In this document: positions 1 to 6,588 of the stretch, in pieces
Layout: each line of letters starts with the position of its first letter
Numbering within the stretch: position 1 is the first letter of the stretch
DNA from: an archaeon
GTDB lineage: Archaea > Iainarchaeota > Iainarchaeia > Iainarchaeales > CSSED10-239
DNA length: 10,634 bases
Reading direction: 5' to 3'
NCBI GenBank assembly: GCA_037147375.1
Contig: JBAWVI010000024.1
Span: 1 to 10,634, forward strand
Notes under the pieces: model-generated
Told to the model about the DNA's origin: nothing
The model's database searches: none
The model's input: the letters and a program-made list of their open reading frames with translations, nothing else
Translations under genes and position numbers: made by a program

Positions 1-46
1 CAAATACCCCTACACTAATGATTTTATATTTTATAATAAATAAAAG

Positions 47-119
47 GGTCCGAACCGGGATTTAAACCCGCGTCCTAGGATCCACAGTCCTAGATGCTAA
101 CCACTACACAATTCGGACC
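47..119 (-). tRNA. tRNA-His (anticodon GTG), with genomically encoded G-1 and no encoded CCA
   Basis: The reverse complement folds as a cloverleaf: G(-1) GTCCGAA TT GTGT AGTGGTTA GCAT C TAGGA CTGTGGA TCCTA GGAC GCGGG TTTAAAT CCCGG TTCGGAC C. It has a 7-bp acceptor stem plus a G-1:C73 pair, a D-loop with A14, G15 and GG18-19, and a 5-bp anticodon stem. The anticodon GTG lies at plus-strand 85-83. The variable loop is 4 nt, typical of tRNA-His. A T-rich tract follows the 3' end. Ends uncertain by 1-2 nt. Confidence 0.9.
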
Positions 120-143
120 ATTAGTTTCTTTAAATAAACTCGT

Positions 144-160
144 GGTATATTATATATATA
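144..160 (-). promoter_or_regulatory. Candidate archaeal TATA box for the tRNA-His gene
   Basis: The minus strand reads TATATATATAATATACC and ends about 25 nt upstream of the tRNA 5' end. That spacing fits an archaeal TATA box. In DNA this AT-rich such matches are weak evidence. Confidence 0.25.
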
Positions 161-229
161 GTATTAAATATATTTATAAAGATTTACAAGAACTATATAA
201 TTAGCTTTATTACTTAAATTGGACTAAAG

Positions 230-733
230 ATGCATAAATTAAATAAAAAAGGGGAAGCAGAAACAATTGGTTACATTTCCATAATCTTTATTATAGTAAT
301 TATTGTTGGTTTAATTGCAACTGCTACAACTTATGTAGTAGCTGAACAACAATCAGTTACTAAATTTGAAAATGCAAAAAACTATATTGCAGACATAGAA
401 ACAATAATTAATGAAGTAATGTTATCACCAATTGGAACTGGAGATAAAATAAGCATAGATCTAACAAGCCAATATCTAAATATAAGTGCAGATAATAATA
501 AAATCGAAATTTACCACTTAATTAACGGAAACTATTATGATAATAATAGATTAATTTATCAAGGATTAAAGTACACATACAGAGATAAACAAAAGATATA
601 TGCTGGAATTCAATATACTGATCTTAATATTACTACAAATGTATTAATCCAAAATAAAATTACACTATTATACTTTAAAAAAGTTGGAATTAATCAATTA
701 GAAATTACAACTACAGCAAATACAAATGAATAA
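230..733 (+). CDS. Putative archaeal type IV pilin-like protein 1 (class III signal peptide), otherwise hypothetical
   Basis: 167-aa ORF. The N-terminus MHKLNKKG/EAETIGYISIIFIIVIIVGLIATA has a basic head, Lys at -2 and Gly at -1, then a ~22-residue hydrophobic helix. The remainder is Asn/Ile/Thr-rich and looks beta-rich. First of three same-sized tandem genes. Confidence 0.6.
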   Translation: MHKLNKKGEAETIGYISIIFIIVIIVGLIATATTYVVAEQQSVTKFENAKNYIADIETIINEVMLSPIGTGDKISIDLTSQYLNISADNNKIEIYHLINGNYYDNNRLIYQGLKYTYRDKQKIYAGIQYTDLNITTNVLIQNKITLLYFKKVGINQLEITTTANTNE

Positions 734-753
734 TTAATTTACAGAGAATAAAA

Positions 754-1266
754 ATGAATAAAAAAGCACAAGCAAATATAATTTCATACATATTTTTTAT
801 ATTAATAGCAATAATTGCATTTACAATGGTAACAACAGAATCAATAAATATAATAAAAAAACATCAGGACACCTATAAATTAGATTTAATGACTAAATCA
901 ATATCTTATTTGAATGAAAATATAGTTTTAGTATCTCATGAAAGATTTTCAAAAAAAGAAATAATAGTTAATAATCCAGAGGAAATAAAGATTGATTGTG
1001 AAAACAATAAAATAACTGGTAGCTTATCTTATTCTCTTGAATTTAGAATGGATAGAAATAGCGAGATAAATGGAATAACAGTATATAAAAGAATTAATAA
1101 CTTATATTTTGATAAAAATATATCTGATTTAAATACAATTCATTTAAACTGTAATTCATTTACTTTAAATAAAGGTGAAAATTTAATAGATATCTATTAT
1201 GTAAGTTATACTGACAACAGAGTAAACATAGATATTAATAGACCAACAATAAATGTTACTGGATGA
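754..1266 (+). CDS. Putative archaeal type IV pilin-like protein 2 (class III signal peptide), otherwise hypothetical
   Basis: 170-aa ORF starting 20 nt after the previous stop. The N-terminus MNKKA/QANIISYIFFILIAIIAFTMV has a basic head, Ala at -1 and a hydrophobic helix. Same size and architecture as its neighbours. Confidence 0.6.
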   Translation: MNKKAQANIISYIFFILIAIIAFTMVTTESINIIKKHQDTYKLDLMTKSISYLNENIVLVSHERFSKKEIIVNNPEEIKIDCENNKITGSLSYSLEFRMDRNSEINGITVYKRINNLYFDKNISDLNTIHLNCNSFTLNKGENLIDIYYVSYTDNRVNIDINRPTINVTG

Positions 1267-1775
1267 TTATGTACTTGAATAAAAAAGGAATTGCACCAAT
1301 GTTCTCTGGAATATTTATTATATTCATAAGTGTAATATTTATGGGAATAATAATTATGTTTGCAATTGATTATTTTAATACCCTTGAAGATCAACAAAGT
1401 TATAATAATAATCAAATAACCTTAACACAGATAAATGATATATTTGTATATCTAAAAACTACAAACATTGGAACTAATTATATTACAAGTATTCAAAATA
1501 AAAGTCCAATTAATTTTAATGCAGAATTAGATGTAGTAACTATTGAACAGGATATAAAAAATCCTGGAATGTACACTAAAAGCAAAGCAACTATAGATTA
1601 TGGTAACTTAAATATAAGAAAAACATCCAGTCAATTCATTTATACTCTTGATTTAAATGGAATTGTAGACTTAAATAGTAATCTTATTATTAATTCAGGA
1701 AATCATATAATTGATATAAATGTTGTTGATGAAGAAAATAATATCCCAATTATTGAAGTTAGATATAAAAGCTAA
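1263..1775 (+). CDS. Putative archaeal type IV pilin-like protein 3 (class III signal peptide), otherwise hypothetical
   Basis: 170-aa ORF whose ATG overlaps the upstream TGA stop (ATGA, 1263-1266). An alternative ATG lies at 1269. The N-terminus (MI)MYLNKKG/IAPMFSGIFIIFISVIFMGIIIMF has the KKG motif followed by a hydrophobic helix. Confidence 0.6.
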   Translation: MIMYLNKKGIAPMFSGIFIIFISVIFMGIIIMFAIDYFNTLEDQQSYNNNQITLTQINDIFVYLKTTNIGTNYITSIQNKSPINFNAELDVVTIEQDIKNPGMYTKSKATIDYGNLNIRKTSSQFIYTLDLNGIVDLNSNLIINSGNHIIDINVVDEENNIPIIEVRYKS

Positions 1776-1778
1776 TTT

Positions 1779-2351
1779 GTGAAAAATATGATTCCTACAA
1801 AAGAACAAGCAAAGCTTATTATTAAAAAATATCTTAAAGAAGATCCAAATATAGAACATTGCTTACTAGTTGGTGGAAGTATGCTTGGTATTGCAAGATA
1901 TCTTGGTAAATCAGAAATTGAAATTGAAAAATGGTATGTGATTGGTGTTCTTCATGATGTTGATGTTGAAAGATATAATGGAGACATCATGCAACATTGT
2001 ATTATTGCAGAAAATATCTTGCTTGAGGAAGGAATAGATAAAGAAATAATAAATATTATTAAAACACATAATGAAGTTCTTGGATTTCCTAGAAAAGAAG
2101 AAGTTGAGCATGCACTTTATTCTTGCGATGGATTATCAGGAATTATTAGAGCATATACTCTTATGAGACCAGATAAAGATATTATGATGGTTGAAACTAA
2201 ATCAGTTATTAAAAAATACAAGGATAAATTCTTTGCTGCTGCTGTTTCTCGTGAACAAATAGGACTTTGTGAAAGTACATTAAACATTCCACTAGATAAG
2301 TTTATAGAAGCAGTAATTAATGGAATTAAGGAAAGTGGATGGAAGATTTAA
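1779..2351 (+). CDS. HD-domain metal-dependent phosphohydrolase
   Basis: 190-aa ORF with an H...HD...H...D pattern: NIEHCLLVGGSMLGIARYLG, then VIGVLHDVDVE, then IIKTHNE and YSCDGLSG. GTG start at 1779, only 3 nt after the upstream stop. An alternative ATG lies at 1788. Confidence 0.85.
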   Translation: MKNMIPTKEQAKLIIKKYLKEDPNIEHCLLVGGSMLGIARYLGKSEIEIEKWYVIGVLHDVDVERYNGDIMQHCIIAENILLEEGIDKEIINIIKTHNEVLGFPRKEEVEHALYSCDGLSGIIRAYTLMRPDKDIMMVETKSVIKKYKDKFFAAAVSREQIGLCESTLNIPLDKFIEAVINGIKESGWKI

Positions 2352-2638
2352 CTCCACATCGTCATATCTTTTCCTTTTTTCTTAAATAACTTTACCTTTG
2401 GTTTACTTAGAGCTGTTTCTTTTTCTGATTTTCTTTTTGTATTTGCTTGCTTTGGAGTTGGTTTCTTCTTTTCAAGTCCAAATAATTTCTTTAAAAAATT
2501 ATCTTGATATCCTAAAGATGATCTTTTAACTTTTGTTTCTCCAGTTCTTACTGCATAGTTATTCCATTTAGAAAGACTATCCTTATCAACTATTGCTTGG
2601 TTTAAATAATCAATTTTTTTCTTCTTTAATAGACTCAT
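2348..2638 (-). CDS. Small Lys-rich basic hypothetical protein (96 aa)
   Basis: Uninterrupted 96-codon ORF in DNA where stop codons are frequent, with no competing ORF on the other strand. The C-terminal half is highly basic (KKKPTPKQANTKRKSEKETALSKPKVKLFKKKGK). No family recognised. Its stop overlaps the HD gene stop on the opposite strand. Confidence 0.45.
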   Translation of the reverse strand: MSLLKKKKIDYLNQAIVDKDSLSKWNNYAVRTGETKVKRSSLGYQDNFLKKLFGLEKKKPTPKQANTKRKSEKETALSKPKVKLFKKKGKDMTMWS

Positions 2639-2727
2639 AATAATCTACCCTTTTTAGTTTTATTTTTAATTCAAATAATTAGAACTATATTATAATAGAT
2701 GGAAAGGTATAAAAATAGAATTCCTAA

Positions 2728-3924
2728 TTAAAATATACTGAAAAATATATTCTTTAAGAGATCAAATATGTATACTTCTGCTAAGGCACCTGTTAAAAAG
2801 AAGAAAAGTCCACATAATAGAAGAATTAAGCAATATTCTATAATTATAAATAACCTATCAAAGTCTTTTCCTTCTTTTTTTATACCTACAGCAAGTAGAT
2901 TTCCACTCATGCTTGCAAAGAAATAAGCTGATGCTTCTAAGATTACATGAAGCGCTACACTTAATAATAAAGGTAAAAGAATTGCAATAAAAGCAATATT
3001 GTAATAAGAGCTATAGAATAATGCATATTGAGTAAATACAACACCCCAATAGATTGCATTCCATACAATCAGTAGTATCGCACCTAGTGGAAATACAAGC
3101 GCTATAATAAAACAAACTATTAATACAGAGAGATTATTTGTAAATATACTCCAAAAGATTGCGGTTTTGTCTTGCCCTTCAAACCCTATGTTTTTAGATG
3201 GTAATAGCTTTTGATCCCATCCTTGATTACTAAATAGATGTGCAGATGTGTTTTGTGGAATAACTGCAATTAAAAGTATAATAACTAATATTATTCCTAA
3301 AAAGAAATAAAAATATGTTGAAAATAGTGCTTTGTGATCATTATAAAATCCTCTAAATGAAAACTTATTTGAAATTAAATTAAACTTAAATATACTTACT
3401 CCTTTATGTTCAATTTCTTCTGTTCTTCCAACAAGTAATTCATTTAGTTTTATTTGCTTTTGGATGAATGGAGCTAAAAATAAAGTTGTTAAAAAGATTG
3501 CAAAAAATCCAGGAGTTTCTGGGAATAATAATACTGCAAAACCAAATCCAACCATAGTTCCGAGGATTGCATAAAATAAAGATTGAAGATTTGGTGGGAG
3601 TCCATTTACAAACTTATTTGGTAATGATTTAAAATAATTTAATATACTTAGTAATATTATTCTTATAGAAAATATTTTTTTATCTTTAATTTCTGGTTTA
3701 GGTTCATTAATTGGCTTACCAAGCTTATCTGCTTCCTTTGAAATTGAGAATGAAGAAACAAAATTAACTTGCTTCTTATCAATAGTTGCTTGTTTATCTT
3801 CTATAACTGAAATAATTTTTTCTTTTGCATCTACACTTGTTGGGTTTGATGATTGATTAGGAATATTCTTTTTATTTATAAATTTCTTTTGATTAATTTT
3901 ATTTTTACTTTCCATATCTATCAT
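2728..3924 (-). CDS. Multi-pass membrane protein with a SpoIIM/DUF95-like C-terminal domain and a ~100-aa hydrophilic N-terminal region
   Basis: 398-aa ORF with about 6 hydrophobic helices. The SpoIIM-like pattern is FTNNLSVLIVCFIIALVFPLGAILLIVWNAIYWGVVF followed by LHVILEASAYFFASMSG. This compares with the family pattern F-NN...G...NG..G followed by HG-E....G. The N-terminal 100 residues are Lys/Asn/Ser-rich and low complexity. TTTATATA on the minus strand sits about 23 nt upstream of the ATG. Confidence 0.7.
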   Translation of the reverse strand: MIDMESKNKINQKKFINKKNIPNQSSNPTSVDAKEKIISVIEDKQATIDKKQVNFVSSFSISKEADKLGKPINEPKPEIKDKKIFSIRIILLSILNYFKSLPNKFVNGLPPNLQSLFYAILGTMVGFGFAVLLFPETPGFFAIFLTTLFLAPFIQKQIKLNELLVGRTEEIEHKGVSIFKFNLISNKFSFRGFYNDHKALFSTYFYFFLGIILVIILLIAVIPQNTSAHLFSNQGWDQKLLPSKNIGFEGQDKTAIFWSIFTNNLSVLIVCFIIALVFPLGAILLIVWNAIYWGVVFTQYALFYSSYYNIAFIAILLPLLLSVALHVILEASAYFFASMSGNLLAVGIKKEGKDFDRLFIIIEYCLILLLCGLFFFLTGALAEVYIFDLLKNIFFSIF

Positions 3925-3976
3925 AAATAGAACATAGAAAAATATATAAAGAAATTGATTAAACTAAATCTTGATT

Positions 3977-5197
3977 TTACTTCTTATTTAGATATAATCT
4001 ATGTATCTTTTCAAAGGTTAGAAGTTGATTTAATCTATTTTTAAACTCAGGAGAAAAAACTCCTGCCTTGTAATGTGAAAGAAGAGAAAAATATGAAAGG
4101 TCAGACACCTCATCCCACATACCTGTTGCTTTTATTAGTTTTTCAAGATCTCCTCTTTCTATGCTTCCTTTTTCAGGCATCTTTATTGAATCATATTCTT
4201 TTATTAGAAGAGAAGAAGTACTTCCAACTAATCTTTCAAGATTATTCTCTTTTGAATAAATTATTATTGCTTCTTTAAGATTTTCAAGATCTTTATCAAT
4301 TTTATCTAAATATTCGTCTTTCTTAACTTTAAGTTCTTGATATTTATTAACAAGAGTTACTCCATCATCTTTTAGAAACTCATTTGCAGGAAGTTCTCTT
4401 AGCTTTATATCATGAGCAGTTGCTGGGCAAATGCTTCTAAACTCACACCAATCACATAACGCACTTGGTTTAGTTGGAAACTGATCTTTCTTTTTTGCTT
4501 CTTCTATATCTTTAATTATCTTAATAACTTCTTTTCTTAAATTATCTAAATCCAAATCTGTTCTTTGAGATCTAAGTTCAATTCCTACAGATAAGAAATG
4601 CCAAACTAAATCTACACGTTTAACAAATGGAAATGATTGTTTAATTGCTATTGAGTAAAGAGCAAGTTGCTTATCTTCATCAACCTGTTCTTGGGTTTTT
4701 GGAACCATATTTGTTTTATAATCATGTATTTCAATAACATCTTCTGAAAAAAGAGTTAGTCTATCTATAACACCTGTTAAATCATGACTAACTTGAGTGT
4801 CAGGATCAAAAACTTTAATTGTAACCTTGTGTTCAAGCCCTAGGGTTTTACCTTGATTAAATGGTTTGTATGTTTCATAATAAGCAGAAAGGTAATCTTC
4901 TCCTAGTTTTCTATAATTATCGGATGTAAAATCTTTTCTTATAATTTCAATTGTTTTTGGAGTGTACTTCTTTTCCCAAAGTTCATTATAATATAGAAGA
5001 ATCTCATCAAGAGAATTTAGTTTACTAAACTTAGAGTCTGTATATAATTTTTCAAGAGATTCATGAACCATAGTTCCCATGAATGCTTCAATCGATTGTA
5101 ATCTTGTTATTTCTGGTTTTTCAATATAATTATATTTGAACTTTCTTGGACATGTTTTGAATGTTTCCATAGATGAATGTGAATAAGGTCTATTCAT
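3977..5197 (-). CDS. Cas4/AddB-like PD-(D/E)XK nuclease with a 4-Cys Fe-S cluster motif and a ~145-aa C-terminal extension
   Basis: 406-aa ORF. The N-terminus YSHSSMETFKTCPRKFKYNYI contains Cys16. The nuclease core is GVIDRL (D145) then EIHDYK (E156, D159, K161), followed by QLALY (QhxxY). The distal cysteines are C248-x2-C251-x5-C257 (LCDWCEFRSICP). This is the C...CxxCxxxxxC arrangement of Cas4 and the AddB nuclease domain. Confidence 0.9.
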   Translation of the reverse strand: MNRPYSHSSMETFKTCPRKFKYNYIEKPEITRLQSIEAFMGTMVHESLEKLYTDSKFSKLNSLDEILLYYNELWEKKYTPKTIEIIRKDFTSDNYRKLGEDYLSAYYETYKPFNQGKTLGLEHKVTIKVFDPDTQVSHDLTGVIDRLTLFSEDVIEIHDYKTNMVPKTQEQVDEDKQLALYSIAIKQSFPFVKRVDLVWHFLSVGIELRSQRTDLDLDNLRKEVIKIIKDIEEAKKKDQFPTKPSALCDWCEFRSICPATAHDIKLRELPANEFLKDDGVTLVNKYQELKVKKDEYLDKIDKDLENLKEAIIIYSKENNLERLVGSTSSLLIKEYDSIKMPEKGSIERGDLEKLIKATGMWDEVSDLSYFSLLSHYKAGVFSPEFKNRLNQLLTFEKIHRLYLNKK

Positions 5198-5264
5198 GAT
5201 TAATTACTTTTCTTTATCTTTTTGTTATATATGTAATGGGAAAGAAAGAGTTTATAATTGTTTT

Positions 5265-5501
5265 GGGGGTTCCTGGCCAAGGATAAGTTCATCATAGTGT
5301 CCAACAAATATAACAAGAATATTAAACACATGTAATCATAAAAAAAGGCGCTATATTTCTTGGACAGTTTTTTAAATTTAAATTCTCTTTTTGTAAAAAA
5401 GATTGATTACAAGATAATAGTTAAACTTTTTAGTGTATATTTATCAAACTTACCCCACATAACCAACTTTAAAAACCAAAGATGCTTGGCCACGTGCCCC
5501 C
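5265..5501. repeat. GC-rich imperfect inverted repeat pair (17-nt arms) bracketing a ~203-nt AT-rich spacer. Candidate structured ncRNA, MITE-like element or ORB-like origin element
   Basis: Left arm GGGGGTTCCTGGCCAAG (5265-5281). Right arm CTTGGCCACGTGCCCCC (5485-5501). The G5/C5 and TGGCCAAG/CTTGGCCA blocks are complementary, giving 13 Watson-Crick pairs. The central 4 nt add one C-G and one T-G pair. No ORF of 60 aa or more lies inside. The element sits in the 344-bp divergent intergenic region. Confidence 0.7.
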
Positions 5502-5541
5502 TCCCGAAAAGGATATACGCTATGAAAATGTAATATAATAT

Positions 5542-6588
5542 ATGATCAAAATAGATAAACTTAATATAAATTTATTTGAAGATATTAGACAAATTATTAA
5601 CGATTCTAAATTAAAGATATATACAACAATCAACACCACAATAATCAATGCATATTGGAATATAGGAAAGAAGATTGTAGAAGAAAAACAAGAAGGAAAG
5701 AAGAGAGCAGGATATGGAGAATATCTAATAAAGGAATTATCTATTAAACTAACAAAAGAATTTGGGAAAGGATTTAGTGAACGAAATTTATGGAATATGA
5801 TTCAACTATATAAAATATATCCAATTATGCAGGCACTGCCTGCAGAATTAACTTGGACTCATTTTATTATATTATTTCAAATAGAAGATAAACAAGCAAG
5901 AAAATTTTACGAAATCGAGTGCTCTAAAGAAAGATGGTCAACAAGAGAGCTTGATAGGCAAATAAACGCTATGCTTTATGAAAGACTATCATTATCAAGA
6001 AACAAAAATAAGGTTCTTGAACTCTCAAAGAGAGGACAAATTATTGATGATCCAAAGGATATTATTAAAGAATATTATGTACTTGAGTTTTTGGGGTTAA
6101 AAGAAGATAATAGATATCTAGAAAAAGATCTAGAAAAAAGAATTATAAATAATATAAAATATTTTTTAATGGAATTAGGAAAAGGTTATGCTTTCATTGG
6201 AAGACAAAGAAGAATAAAAATAGGCTCTGAAAGCTATTATATTGATTTGGTTTTTTATAATACGATCTTGAAATGCTTTGTTATTGTTGATCTTAAAACA
6301 AATAAATTAACTCCACAAGATATTGGGCAAATGGATTTCTATGTAAGATACTTTGAAAAAGAAGTTAGAACAACAAGTGACAATCCAACAATTGGACTTA
6401 TTCTTTGTGCAGAGAAAGATAAGACAATGATAAAATATACTCTTCTCCCTGGAAGTGAGCAACTATTTGCTTCTAAATACAAATTATATTTACCAACTGA
6501 AGAAGAGTTAAGAAAAGAAATTGAAAATACTAAACACCAATTATTAATGGATGGATATGAGATAATATATGAAAATAAAAGATTTTAA
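5542..6588 (+). CDS. YhcG/DUF1016-family PD-(D/E)XK nuclease
   Basis: 348-aa ORF with the characteristic N-terminal helical YhcG_N region (INAYWNIGKKIVEE...GYGEYLIKELSIKLTKEFGKGFSERNLWNMIQLY). The C-terminal nuclease core is LEKDLEKRIINNIKYFLMELGKGYAFIGRQ, then YYIDLVFYN, then VIVDLKTNKL, then GQMDFYVRYF, then NPTIGLILCAEK. Confidence 0.92.
   Translation: MIKIDKLNINLFEDIRQIINDSKLKIYTTINTTIINAYWNIGKKIVEEKQEGKKRAGYGEYLIKELSIKLTKEFGKGFSERNLWNMIQLYKIYPIMQALPAELTWTHFIILFQIEDKQARKFYEIECSKERWSTRELDRQINAMLYERLSLSRNKNKVLELSKRGQIIDDPKDIIKEYYVLEFLGLKEDNRYLEKDLEKRIINNIKYFLMELGKGYAFIGRQRRIKIGSESYYIDLVFYNTILKCFVIVDLKTNKLTPQDIGQMDFYVRYFEKEVRTTSDNPTIGLILCAEKDKTMIKYTLLPGSEQLFASKYKLYLPTEEELRKEIENTKHQLLMDGYEIIYENKRF

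Noticed and set aside
1206-1415. 69-aa minus-strand ORF
   Set aside because: It lies entirely antisense to the junction of pilin-like genes 2 and 3. Its composition is a low-complexity Ile/Tyr/Lys mirror image of the sense genes, and it has no motif.
1911-2111. 66-aa minus-strand ORF
   Set aside because: It is antisense inside the HD-domain gene, which has clear family motifs. Its Phe/Ile/Asn-rich content is an artefact of AT-rich antisense sequence.
4075-4278. 67-aa plus-strand ORF
   Set aside because: It is antisense inside the Cas4-like nuclease gene. The Leu-rich sequence is simply the complement of the Lys/Glu-rich C-terminal region.
5289-5295. Box C-like ATGATGA on the minus strand, suggesting a C/D box sRNA
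   Set aside because: No CTGA box D lies at a suitable distance downstream, and there is no terminal kink-turn pairing.
5265-5501. The inverted-repeat arms read as 5' halves of class II tRNAs or split-tRNA genes, because GGGGG..TGGCCAAG resembles an acceptor stem plus D-arm start
   Set aside because: On neither strand is there a D-stem closing sequence (GCCA), an anticodon arm or a T-arm downstream. The TGGCCAAG block pairs with the other arm instead.
5265-5501. SRP RNA or RNase P RNA
   Set aside because: I could not find the helix-8-type SRP motifs or the GGAAAGUCC-type CR-I / P4 motifs of RNase P. The interior is far too AT-rich and poorly paired for these RNAs.
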